The notes under the pieces were generated by a model. The model ran no database searches. It saw only the letters and a program-made list of their open reading frames with translations, and had not been told where the DNA came from. 64,000 nucleotides of DNA from an uncultured cyanobacterium (GTDB taxonomy: Bacteria; Cyanobacteriota; Cyanobacteriia; Cyanobacteriales; CAWCAG01). Shown one piece after another: positions 11,116 through 20,450 of this stretch; position 1 is the first letter of the stretch; each line of letters starts with the position of its first letter. The translations under genes and the position numbers were made by a program. The stretch covers positions 64,001-128,000 of the forward strand of contig CAWDOD010000006.1 in the NCBI GenBank assembly GCA_963803805.1. The letters are read 5' to 3'.

Positions 11116-12297
11116 ATGCCATCTAATTCCCAGCAGCCTAAAAAATATGATGTTGTATTAGGAGGAAAAAAACCTCTACATTCTCACCATGCAGTAATTT
11201 TAGGTGGTTTATCAGGAGTTAAGCATCGCCTTAGTAGTAATATCGTTGCTCAGCGAGTTGCTGCGGTTACAGAAGCAGTAAATTATGGTCAAGAAGGATT
11301 TTCTCTAGTATTAAAAGCGCTCCAAGATTCGCATTTATCAGTACGTTACGCTGCCTACCTACTGCTACCGAAATTAGACGCAACAAACTTAAAAGACATT
11401 TTAGCCGATCACAATCCTTATCAGAAATTTAGCTGCTTATATCGCTATCCTACAGCCCCCTCAACTGCTTATGCCTTAGCAATTAGTCCTGATGGTCAAC
11501 TCCTGGCTAGTGGCGGTAGTGATAGAAATATAACAGTGCGATCGCTGGTTAATGGTAAAGTTATTCGTACTTTAGCAGGACATTGGAATTCTGTATCTAG
11601 TATAGTTTTTCACCCCCATAAACAGGTAGTAATTAGTGGTAGCTGGGATAGTACAGTTAAAGTTTGGCGCAAAGAAGCATTAATTAGAAACTTAACAGGA
11701 CACCAAACTAAAATTAATGTTGTAACTATTAGTGCTGACGGTCAATTTATTGCTAGTGCTTCCCAAGACGGTAAGATCAGAATTTGGCACATCAACCAAC
11801 TTAAGGCAATTTATGCTTGGCAAGCCCATGAAAATTGGATCAATGCCTTGATTTTCACCCCTGATGGTAAGAGTTTAATTAGTGGTAGCTCTGATTGCAC
11901 AATTAAGGTTTGGGATTGGCAAACTAAAGACCTTCGTAACACATTCACTCAACCTCATTGGGTTAAATGTCTTGCTCTTAGTTGTGATGGCAAATTTCTC
12001 GCTAGTGGCTCTCAAGATCAAAGTATTTCTATTATTAATTTAAACACTCAAGAATTGTTGTACACCTTAAAAGGACATTGGGGAGAAATCCATAGCCTTG
12101 CTATTAGCCAAGAGGGACAAACTTTAGTAAGCGCTAGTTGGGACGAAACTATTAATATCTGGCACATACCTACAGGAGTCTGTTTACATAGTTTAACTGG
12201 TCATCAAGGAGCAATTTTATCTTTGGCACTTAGTCCCGATGGGAAAAGAATCGTTAGTGCGGGTAAAGATAAGACAATTCGAGTTTGGGGAGGGTGA
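11116..12297 (+). CDS. WD40-repeat protein with N-terminal HEAT-like module
   Basis: About 7 GH..WD repeats. Confidence 0.9.
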   Translation: MPSNSQQPKKYDVVLGGKKPLHSHHAVILGGLSGVKHRLSSNIVAQRVAAVTEAVNYGQEGFSLVLKALQDSHLSVRYAAYLLLPKLDATNLKDILADHNPYQKFSCLYRYPTAPSTAYALAISPDGQLLASGGSDRNITVRSLVNGKVIRTLAGHWNSVSSIVFHPHKQVVISGSWDSTVKVWRKEALIRNLTGHQTKINVVTISADGQFIASASQDGKIRIWHINQLKAIYAWQAHENWINALIFTPDGKSLISGSSDCTIKVWDWQTKDLRNTFTQPHWVKCLALSCDGKFLASGSQDQSISIINLNTQELLYTLKGHWGEIHSLAISQEGQTLVSASWDETINIWHIPTGVCLHSLTGHQGAILSLALSPDGKRIVSAGKDKTIRVWGG

Positions 12298-12604
12298 ATT
12301 TGGGTGTATTTCAAAATAAAAACAAAAATATCCTAACGAAAGCATTTTCTCATTATTGCTATCTAATAGCAATAATGCTAGTACTAGCATTATTTTTCGA
12401 TAGGCTTTTGAGCAACAAATTGACACTGAGTGCGTAAGTTATGGGTATCTGTAATTAATTCTCTGTTTCTATTAGCCTACAGTAACCATAAGCCAAGCAA
12501 GAACTCGATAGCTACTATAGCTGATTTTTGTTTCACTGCGTAAGCTCTAGATCGAGCATTTTTCTCAACCTGAGCAAAGATCGGGCAGTCTTAACACAAA
12601 ACTT

Positions 12605-12671
12605 AATATCATATTATTGAAAATAATGTAGATTAGCTATTGAAGCTTATTGAGAATTAAGTTCAATAGCT
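12605..12671 (+). promoter_or_regulatory. Putative Fur-box region and inverted repeat upstream of isiA
   Basis: AT-rich ATTGAAAATAAT and ATTGAGAATTAA motifs; inverted repeat AGCTATTGAA...TTCAATAGCT at 12635-12671; isiA is a known Fur target. Confidence 0.55.
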
Positions 12672-12697
12672 TTTGTACTTTTATGGACTTGTAAATC

Positions 12698-13726
12698 ATG
12701 CAGACTTACAGTAGCCCAGAAGTTAAGTATGACTGGTGGGCGGGCAATGCTCGCTTTGCTGAACTTTCTGGCTTATTCATCGCTGCCCATGTTGCCCAAG
12801 CAGCCCTAATCACCTTTTGGGCTGGTGCATTCACCTTGTTTGAAATCTCTTGGTTTGATCCGACTCAACCAATGGGAGAACAGGGTCTAATTTTGTTACC
12901 CCACCTAGCAACCCTTGGCTTGGGAATCGGTGACGGTGGGCAAGTTGTGGATACCTATCCTTACTTTGTTGTGGGTACAGTACATCTAATTTCCTCAGCA
13001 GTTTTGGGGGCAGGGGCTTTATTCCATACCTTCAAAGCACCTGACGACTTGAAAAATGCTCAAGGTCGTGCCAGGATGTTCGATTTTGATTGGGACGACC
13101 CTAAAAAATTGGGCATAATTTTAGGACATCATCTCCTTTTCTTAGGTATAGGAGCTTTTTTGCTGGTGTTCAAAGCCATGTATTGGGGTGGACTTTATGA
13201 CGTGGCAACTCAAACTGTTCGCCTTGTGACTCAACCAACCCTCGATCCTTTAGTTATCTATGGTTATCAAACTCACTTCGCTAGTGTTGATAACTTAGAA
13301 GATTTGGTAGGTGGGCATATCTATGTAGGAATTATGCTCATTGGTGGCGGAATTTGGCATATTCTTGTTCCTCCCTTAAACTGGGCCAAGAAAGTATTGA
13401 CCTTTTCCGGTGAAGCGATTTTATCCTATTCCCTTGGTGGCATCGCCTTAGCTGGTTTTGTCGCCGCCTATTTCTGTGCTGTCAATACCCTTGCCTATCC
13501 CCCTGAATTTTATGGCCCTCCCTTAGAAGTAAAGTTAGGTATTACTCCTTACTTTGCTGATACCATCAAACTTCCTTTTGGCGCTCATACTTCCAGATGC
13601 TGGCTAGCAAATGCTCACTTTTTCTTAGCCTTCTTCTTTTTGCAAGGACATCTATGGCACGCACTACGAGCAATTGGTTTTGATTTCCGTCGCGTTGAGA
13701 AAGCATTGGATTCAATGGAAGCTTAA
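12698..13726 (+). CDS. isiA: Iron-stress-induced chlorophyll-binding protein CP43'
   Basis: MQTY...[10 protein letters not shown] start, 342 aa, lacks the large lumenal loop of CP43. Confidence 0.95.
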   Translation: MQTYSSPEVKYDWWAGNARFAELSGLFIAAHVAQAALITFWAGAFTLFEISWFDPTQPMGEQGLILLPHLATLGLGIGDGGQVVDTYPYFVVGTVHLISSAVLGAGALFHTFKAPDDLKNAQGRARMFDFDWDDPKKLGIILGHHLLFLGIGAFLLVFKAMYWGGLYDVATQTVRLVTQPTLDPLVIYGYQTHFASVDNLEDLVGGHIYVGIMLIGGGIWHILVPPLNWAKKVLTFSGEAILSYSLGGIALAGFVAAYFCAVNTLAYPPEFYGPPLEVKLGITPYFADTIKLPFGAHTSRCWLANAHFFLAFFFLQGHLWHALRAIGFDFRRVEKALDSMEA

Positions 13727-13747
13727 TTCTTGATCACTATTTTTGTT

Positions 13748-13779
13748 AAGGGGTTTCTGAAAATATAGAAACCCCTCTT
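13748..13779 (+). terminator. Stem-loop after isiA
   Basis: AGGGGTTTCT-loop-AGAAACCCCT. Confidence 0.6.
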
Positions 13780-13914
13780 ATTCTAGCCTTGAGTGCATTG
13801 AGAGTAATTTAATTATCTAGAGACAGCTTAATCTTTTGATTACCCTGGTTTTACCTAAGTAGTTTAGATTACATTTAAACCGCAACATTACCCAACTGCA
13901 ACCCTTTCTCAACT

Positions 13915-14529
13915 ATGCCCTTAGCTTACCAAGAGACACCAAGAAGAACTATTAAAGAATCCGGTGAAGAACGCAGATTATATTTTTATGAAAAGGGAGA
14001 AGAAATACCTTTAGCTGCCCAAGGTGTATGGCAAATTTATCGAGGTTTGGTGCAGTTCAGCACTTTTTATCCTAATGGAGAAGAAGTACTTTTAGGTTGG
14101 GCGCAACCTGCTAACTTTTTTGGGGCATGGCTAACTAGCTTGCAAACTTATCAAGCAACAGCTTTATCTGATGTTTACCTACGTTGGTACTCCCTAATTG
14201 AAATAGAAACTTCTCCTCGCTTAGCTCAAACTATGTTAAGACAAATGGGACAGAGAATTCGCCATGGAGAAATGTTGCTAGCGATCGCAGGACAAAGAAA
14301 AGTAGAAGATCGTTTGCGCCAATTGTTACTTTTTCTACAAAAAGAAATGAGCGAACCTACTGAAGAAGGGGATCGTCTCTTGTTACGTTTAACCCATCAA
14401 AACATTGCTAATGCTATTGGTACAACTAGGGTGACAGTAACTAGATTGCTGGGAGATTTTCAGCGTCAAGCCCTAATTAAATTAGATCGCGATCGCCATA
14501 TAATTGTTAAGCACCATAAGGTGAGTTAA
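13915..14529 (+). CDS. Crp/Fnr family transcriptional regulator
   Basis: HTH LTHQNIANAIGTTRVTVTRLL. Confidence 0.9.
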   Translation: MPLAYQETPRRTIKESGEERRLYFYEKGEEIPLAAQGVWQIYRGLVQFSTFYPNGEEVLLGWAQPANFFGAWLTSLQTYQATALSDVYLRWYSLIEIETSPRLAQTMLRQMGQRIRHGEMLLAIAGQRKVEDRLRQLLLFLQKEMSEPTEEGDRLLLRLTHQNIANAIGTTRVTVTRLLGDFQRQALIKLDRDRHIIVKHHKVS

Positions 14530-14631
14530 AAGCAAGTTAACTAATTTAGTCTACGACAACGGCAAAGCCGTACCATTGGCCTTTGATAACAAGCTATAAC
14601 TAAAACAACTCTTGTTCGTCAAGGTCAACCT

Positions 14632-15786
14632 ATGACTAGTTTCCCAGTTAAGAAGCTTGCTATTTTGATTAATCCTCAAGGAAGTAGTGGAGTTCCAGGA
14701 GGTATCTGTGTTGTTGTCACCAAGCTACTTCAGGAACTAGCAGCTAGAAATTTTGAGCTTGATTTAGTTGTACAATCTGATGAGGCAACAAAATTATTCC
14801 CTGATCTACCTCCACAAATTAGAGTTATTAACTTAAACACACCGTTTCAAGTCAGGTTTAAAAGTGCAATTAAAATAATTCCTCCTTTATTGAAGTATTT
14901 GAGAACAGAAAAGCCTGATGTTTTAATTTGTCACTTGACCTTAGTTAATTATTTGACAGTTATAGCTCGTTTTTTAGCTAGAGTTCCTACCTGTTTAGTC
15001 TTAGTAGAACATTTCCCTTTTCTCGAACTGCAAAAGGATCGGGATGTTACAAAATCTCATCACTTAATGAAAGCACCACTTCAGACTGTTCAACGTTGGC
15101 TTTATCTCCAAGCTGATGCTATTGTTGCTGTTTCTGAAGGTGTAGCTAAATCTTTTAAAGCTGGTTTAAACTTAAAACCTGGTTCTGTGCAAGTAATTTA
15201 TAATCCAGTGGTGGATACAACGTTACGGCAGAAGGCTCAAAGTCCTCTACAGCATCCTTGGTTTGCAGAACATCAGCCTCCTGTTATATTAGCGGTGGGA
15301 AGATTGTTACCACCGAAAGACTTTGATACCCTGATCCAAGCTTTTGCTAAATTAAGAGAAAAACGTCCTCTACGACTTTTGATTTTAGGTGAAGGCCACT
15401 TGCGCTCAGAATTAGAATCTTTAATTACTAACTTGGGCATAAGCGCAGATGTTTCTTTGCCTGGTTACACTAACAATCCTTATGCTTATATGGCGCAAGC
15501 ATCAGTACTTGTTCTCTCTTCACATTTTGAAGGACTGCCAACAGTTATCATTGAAGCCCTGGCTTGTAACTGTCAGGTAGTTGCTACCAATTGTCCCTAT
15601 GGCCCCCAAGAAATTTTAGCTGATGGTAAGTTTGGCCGTTTAGTACCCGTAGGAGATGTAGCAGCTTTAGCTAAAGCCATAGAGTTAGCTTTGGATCAAC
15701 CAATCAATGTCGAAAAGTTGCAGCACAGAAGTGAAAATTTCAGCGTAGTAAGTTCAGTTGATTCTTACTTAAAGTTGTTTACTTAA
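14632..15786 (+). CDS. Glycosyltransferase family 4
   Basis: VGRL..KD and EGLPTVIIEALA motifs. Confidence 0.9.
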   Translation: MTSFPVKKLAILINPQGSSGVPGGICVVVTKLLQELAARNFELDLVVQSDEATKLFPDLPPQIRVINLNTPFQVRFKSAIKIIPPLLKYLRTEKPDVLICHLTLVNYLTVIARFLARVPTCLVLVEHFPFLELQKDRDVTKSHHLMKAPLQTVQRWLYLQADAIVAVSEGVAKSFKAGLNLKPGSVQVIYNPVVDTTLRQKAQSPLQHPWFAEHQPPVILAVGRLLPPKDFDTLIQAFAKLREKRPLRLLILGEGHLRSELESLITNLGISADVSLPGYTNNPYAYMAQASVLVLSSHFEGLPTVIIEALACNCQVVATNCPYGPQEILADGKFGRLVPVGDVAALAKAIELALDQPINVEKLQHRSENFSVVSSVDSYLKLFT

Positions 15787-15787
15787 T

Positions 15788-15820
15788 AAAAAAAAGAGAG
15801 AGAAGATTTCCTTCTCTCTC
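15788..15820 (-). terminator. Intrinsic terminator between convergent genes
   Basis: GAGAGAGAAG/CTTCTCTCTC stem with A-run on + (U-tract on -). Confidence 0.7.
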
Positions 15821-15877
15821 AACAACTTCCTTTATTACTACTTGTTTAACCAGACTAAGTAATCTGCAACATAATTG

Positions 15878-16636
15878 TTAGTTAGCTTGCTTGTTTTTGC
15901 CGCGACGGGTAGCAGCTAATGCAGCAACGAAGCCTAATGCACCAAGAGTAGCAGGCTCAGGGACATCTTTGCTATCTGCTGCTACTAAAGCGTAGTCATG
16001 TCCAGCGTGAGTATCACCAGGTGTTCCTGCTGCTGTGAACTTAACGCTACTAACTTTTGCATCACCGAAAGGATTGAGGATTTTGTAGTAGCCACCACCT
16101 TTTTTAGTGGAATCGCTTATGGCATCTACGATTGTTGTGCTGCCGCCAAAAGAATACTCAGCTTGGGTGTCATTGATAACTTTCAAACTGCCTATTCCTA
16201 AAGCAGTTTCTAGCTGAGCAATTTCAAAAACCTTATCAGCGAACACACCGGGCTGATACAAGAAAGCTAACTCAATAGACTTAAAGACGTTGTTGCTATC
16301 CTTAGCTTCGAGGAGAATGAATTCACCGGCATCAAGTTCACCAGGAACCCCTTCATTATCACCACCCTCATCACCATCATGGGTTACACCAATTCCTGTA
16401 ACACCATTAACGGTTTTATCAATTAGGACAGGATTAGCACTGGCATCTCCGTCAAGCCCAGCAGTAATTGTGAAGCCGTCATCTGTCATGCAGCTATCGG
16501 TGGGGAGAGAAGCGATCGCGCAGTCTCCTAAATCGCTAGGGGTTTGGAAGCTGAAAGCTTGGGCAGAAGCGGAGGAGAAGGCTAGGGTTGTTCCAGCGAT
16601 GAAGCCAGCAGCGAGAAGGTTGGATTTGATATTCAT
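15878..16636 (-). CDS. PEP-CTERM sorting-domain protein
   Basis: Signal peptide (ASAQA-F); C-terminal VPEP, TM helix and basic tail. Confidence 0.9.
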   Translation of the reverse strand: MNIKSNLLAAGFIAGTTLAFSSASAQAFSFQTPSDLGDCAIASLPTDSCMTDDGFTITAGLDGDASANPVLIDKTVNGVTGIGVTHDGDEGGDNEGVPGELDAGEFILLEAKDSNNVFKSIELAFLYQPGVFADKVFEIAQLETALGIGSLKVINDTQAEYSFGGSTTIVDAISDSTKKGGGYYKILNPFGDAKVSSVKFTAAGTPGDTHAGHDYALVAADSKDVPEPATLGALGFVAALAATRRGKNKQAN

Positions 16637-17308
16637 GAAATTCACCTTGGTTGAGGAGCAGTTGTTAGGAAATGTTATAAATTATTAGACTTAATGAAGC
16701 CTGTCAAGTATCTCTAGACTAGTCACTTTATAGTTGGTTGAGTTTAGAGTTCATAAGACCCAGGAACATAGAGGTTATTTTTAAAACCTTGGTGTAAGGT
16801 TGCTTTGTGGGCGGGATGTTGTTTGCATCTTTTGCCTTACACTTATACATTCTATGTGGCTTAAGAACAGCCTGCATCAGTATTTATATAGATTTTTTTC
16901 CTGAAAGAATAGTGTTGAACTGTCCAACTGCAATTCTAGTCGGACGTAGACAATTTTTTGTAGCCTTTGAAACTAAATTGGATTTTATCTAAGCTTTATA
17001 TAGGTAAACTTTTTTATGAAGTACAAATGAAGCGCACTAAACTCACTTTGCGTATATACACTTAAGTAATTCTTTGCTTCTGCAATTAGCTAGATAAACA
17101 GCTAGCTTCTCCGGTTATTTACTTAAACTGCTGAACAAGCTTCTTTAAAGATCGCTATTTTTGGCATCAAACACGGGCATTAGCAATTAACTAATTTGCT
17201 TGATTCTCTTAAGAGTTTATGTGGAGAATTTGATCTAGCTCTTAAGGAGGATGAAACACAAGCCTTTTAATTATGTTTTCTGGACTCAATTAACAGCAGT
17301 GATTAAGA

Positions 17309-18961
17309 TCACAATTCTTTTTCTAATCGAGGTGCAGCTTGTAAGAGGCTTTTAGTATAGGAATTTTGGGGATTAGCAAAAAGCTGGTGGGTGCTACCCA
17401 TCTCGACAATTTTACCTTTATTCATAACTGCAATGCGATCGCATAAAAATCTGGCTACCCATAGATCATGGGTGATAAATAAATAGGTGAGGTTAAATTC
17501 CGTTTGTAATGATTGCATCAACTCCAATACTTGAGTCTGGACACTAGCATCAAGCATACTAACGGGTTCATCACAAATAAGTAACTTTGGTTGAGTAATT
17601 AAAGCCCTGGCGATCGCAACTCTTTGTTGTTGTCCTCCTGATAGATCAGCGGGATAGCGATAATAATAATCTGCCACTGGGGTTAAGCCCACTCGTGTAA
17701 GCATTTGTTCTACTTTAATTTTTGCTTCAGCCGGAGTGGCTAATTTATGGATAAAGAGAGGATCAGCGATAGATGCCCCTACTTTCATGAGGGGATTGAG
17801 GCAGGCATGGGGATCTTGAAATACCATTTGTATTTCCCGTCGTCTTTGTCTTACCTCTGCTTCTGAGAGTTGGGTTAAGTCAACTCCTTGGAAGTTGACA
17901 CTACCGGAAGTAGGGCGCATCAGTTGTAGGATGGTTCGCGAGAGGGTACTTTTACCACAACCTGATTCTCCTACCAAACCAAAAATCTCCCCTGGATAAA
18001 GCTGAAAGCTAACGTCATCAACAGCTTTAATCAAAGGGGTTTCTTTTTTGAATAATTGCTGAAACAGGTTACTTTCTAAGGTGAAATGCTGTTTAAGGTC
18101 TTTAACTTCTAATAGATATGGTTGAGGATTATCTTCTTGTTGGGTATCCTGAGTTTCTACTCCTTGGATTTTTAAAGCTGCTTGGAGTAAAGATTGGCTA
18201 TATTCGTGTTGAGGTGCTTTTAAGATGGATTTCGCTACACCAGTTTCTACCATCTTGCCTTGATACATCACCGCAAGGCGATCGCAATATTCCCCCACCA
18301 TAGCTAAGTCATGGGAAATCAAGAGTAAAGCAAGGCCTCTTTCTTCGCATAGGCGAGTTAATTCGTCTAATATCTCGGCGGAGATGGTGACATCTAAACT
18401 AGTGGTAGGTTCGTCTGCCACAATTAGTTTAGGTTCTAATAATAAAGCTAAAGCGATGGCTACCCTTTGGCGCATTCCACCACTAAATTCATGGGGATAT
18501 TGTGACCAGCGATTCCTAGGTATTTTAACGGCTTCTAAAGTTGTTAAGGCTTTTTGTTTTGCTTCTGAGCGAGATAAATTAGGTTGATGGGCTTTTAAGG
18601 TTTCTAAGCAATGCCTGCCAATGGTCATGAGAGGATCAAGACGAGTCATCGGATCTTGAAAGACAAGGGAAACAGCTTCACCACGAAATCTACGCAGTTG
18701 AGTTTTATTAAAATCTAAAACTGACTGACCAGCAAAACTCACTTTCCCCGTAACTTGGCTAGTTGGTGGTAACAAGCGCATCGCCGCCCTACCCAAGGTC
18801 GATTTTCCGCACCCAGATTCTCCTACTAACCCTAATTTTTCCCCTGGATTAAGGGTAAAGGAAACATCATCAACAGCCCAATCAATTTTTCCTGATGATT
18901 GGCTATTAGGGTAAGCAACTTGTAAGTTTTCGACATTTAATAAAGGGTTGGTTGTGGTCAT
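17309..18961 (-). CDS. Fused double-domain ABC ATPase (dipeptide/oligopeptide type)
   Basis: Two GESGCGKST Walker A motifs; SGG signatures. Confidence 0.93.
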   Translation of the reverse strand: MTTTNPLLNVENLQVAYPNSQSSGKIDWAVDDVSFTLNPGEKLGLVGESGCGKSTLGRAAMRLLPPTSQVTGKVSFAGQSVLDFNKTQLRRFRGEAVSLVFQDPMTRLDPLMTIGRHCLETLKAHQPNLSRSEAKQKALTTLEAVKIPRNRWSQYPHEFSGGMRQRVAIALALLLEPKLIVADEPTTSLDVTISAEILDELTRLCEERGLALLLISHDLAMVGEYCDRLAVMYQGKMVETGVAKSILKAPQHEYSQSLLQAALKIQGVETQDTQQEDNPQPYLLEVKDLKQHFTLESNLFQQLFKKETPLIKAVDDVSFQLYPGEIFGLVGESGCGKSTLSRTILQLMRPTSGSVNFQGVDLTQLSEAEVRQRRREIQMVFQDPHACLNPLMKVGASIADPLFIHKLATPAEAKIKVEQMLTRVGLTPVADYYYRYPADLSGGQQQRVAIARALITQPKLLICDEPVSMLDASVQTQVLELMQSLQTEFNLTYLFITHDLWVARFLCDRIAVMNKGKIVEMGSTHQLFANPQNSYTKSLLQAAPRLEKEL

Positions 18962-19030
18962 TGATTATTGATTATTAAATACCGTGGGTACTCCCTTACT
19001 TCTAAGAGTCTCGCCATTATCAACTGGCCC

Positions 19031-19381
19031 TTAGCTTTTTGGGTGATTGTTTTCATCTACTAAAACCACTGTTGGTTGATGATTTTCTGCTTCTTCTGGA
19101 CTCAATTGACCATAGGTCATAATAATTAAGCGATCGCCTCCTACTCCTAAACGGGCAGCAGCACCATTAAGTTCAATGATGCCAGAGTTAGGTGCTGCTT
19201 CAATAGCATAGGTGATTAGTCTTTCTCCATTGGCAATATTAACTACTTGCACCTGTTCATAAACAGAGATTCCTGCTTTATCTAACAAGGTTTTATCAAC
19301 ACTAATACTACCAACATAGTTGATATTAGTAGATGTTAAGGTGCAGTTATGAATTTTGGCTAATAAAAATATACGTTGCAT
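19031..19381 (-). CDS. panD: Aspartate 1-decarboxylase
   Basis: KIH, YVG/SI autocleavage site, [15 protein letters not shown]. Confidence 0.95.
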   Translation of the reverse strand: MQRIFLLAKIHNCTLTSTNINYVGSISVDKTLLDKAGISVYEQVQVVNIANGERLITYAIEAAPNSGIIELNGAAARLGVGGDRLIIMTYGQLSPEEAENHQPTVVLVDENNHPKS

Positions 19382-19439
19382 AAATTAGTGATTAGTTAAG
19401 AATTAAGCGTTTTTATTCTATAGCAGTTCTCACTTCCGC

Positions 19440-20093
19440 TTATGATCTCTCCAAGATCCCCAAACTCTCAATCAACTGGGGTTGTTCCTCCAAAGCAATC
19501 CTGGCAATAACCACAAAATCACTCAACCAAACATTAAGCTCCTCAATCACTGCATCCCTCACCTTCGTCGCATCCTGGGCTTCTCCCATCTCCTTCTTCT
19601 GGGCCAAATTAGCAGCCTCCACAGCCTCCACCTCTGCCTGTGCCGCCTCCAACTTTGCAGGGGTAATGCCATACTCAGCAATTGCATCCAGAAAACCTTG
19701 ATTACTAAGGATATTTTGATAAAACTGCTTTGCCTCCAACAACCAAGCAGAAAGAGCGCGTTTGCGGATGCCATTGAGGGCTAACTCTGCTGCTGCACCG
19801 GGATTATCCTTAAAGGTAATGCGGGCAATCTTCAGGTGGCGATTGTAACTTGCTTTCGCCACTTCCCAAGTTTCGTTAAGGGTTGCGGTAGCGCTGTACT
19901 GTTCTCCGTATTCTTTAGTTTGCTTTTGCTGTGCGGCTAAAGCTTGATCATAAAGGGCTTTACCTTTTTGGAGTTTTTCTGGGGTGTAACCGTATTCTGT
20001 TAAGTAAGCCTGAATTTGAGGTTGACTGAGGGCGTTATCAATGGCAACGCGAGCATCATTAAGGAAACTGTCAAGGGTTTGATTAATTGCCAC
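19440..20093 (-). CDS. Hypothetical all-helical protein of two ~105-aa internal repeats
   Basis: EYGYTPEKL...KEYGEQYSAT...IARITFKDNP aligns with EYGITPAKL...KEMGEAQDAT...IARIALEEQP. Confidence 0.85.
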   Translation of the reverse strand: MAINQTLDSFLNDARVAIDNALSQPQIQAYLTEYGYTPEKLQKGKALYDQALAAQQKQTKEYGEQYSATATLNETWEVAKASYNRHLKIARITFKDNPGAAAELALNGIRKRALSAWLLEAKQFYQNILSNQGFLDAIAEYGITPAKLEAAQAEVEAVEAANLAQKKEMGEAQDATKVRDAVIEELNVWLSDFVVIARIALEEQPQLIESLGILERS

Positions 20094-20220
20094 GGTGATT
20101 AATTTAGTAAATTGTTGTTGTTCGGCTATACATAGCTACGAAGGAATGAGCAGTTGTTAGAGAAAAGTCAGGGAAAATGTCATAAAAATTAAAGAGTTAG
20201 TCCGAGGAATGGCAAAGTAA

Positions 20221-20367
20221 GCTTACGGAACGATTTATTTGACTTACTCAATGACTTATTCGACTTACGGAACGATTCATTTAGCTTACTCAACGACTTA
20301 TTCAACTTACGGAACGATTTATTTGGCTTACTCAACGACTTATTTAACTTACGGAACCATTTATTTG
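20221..20367. repeat. Tandem array of seven 21-bp units in alternating A/B pattern (42-bp period)
   Basis: A consensus RCTTACGGAACGATTTATTTG x4; B consensus RCTTACTCAAYGACTTATTYR x3. Confidence 0.95.
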
Positions 20368-20380
20368 GCTTATTACTTAT

Positions 20381-20442
20381 TAGGGCGACCCAATTTCAAC
20401 TCTGGTTGGTTGGAAATACGAGTGAAAACGGGTCGCCCCTAC
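20381..20442. repeat. REP-like inverted repeat (GTAGGGGCG family)
   Basis: TAGGGCGACCC...GGGTCGCCCCTAC. Confidence 0.7.
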
Positions 20443-20450
20443 ACTACTAC

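Noticed and set aside
12425-12560. MITE suggested by two TGCGTAAG motifs
   Set aside because: Both are in the same orientation and degenerate; no matching inverted end
16650-17300. Possible sRNA or gene in the long region upstream of the PEP-CTERM gene
   Set aside because: No convincing ORF, structure or repeat; probably promoter and UTR
20221-20367. CRISPR or TIGR-like array
   Set aside because: No unique spacers, only two alternating unit types; no cas or Nop-domain gene in the window
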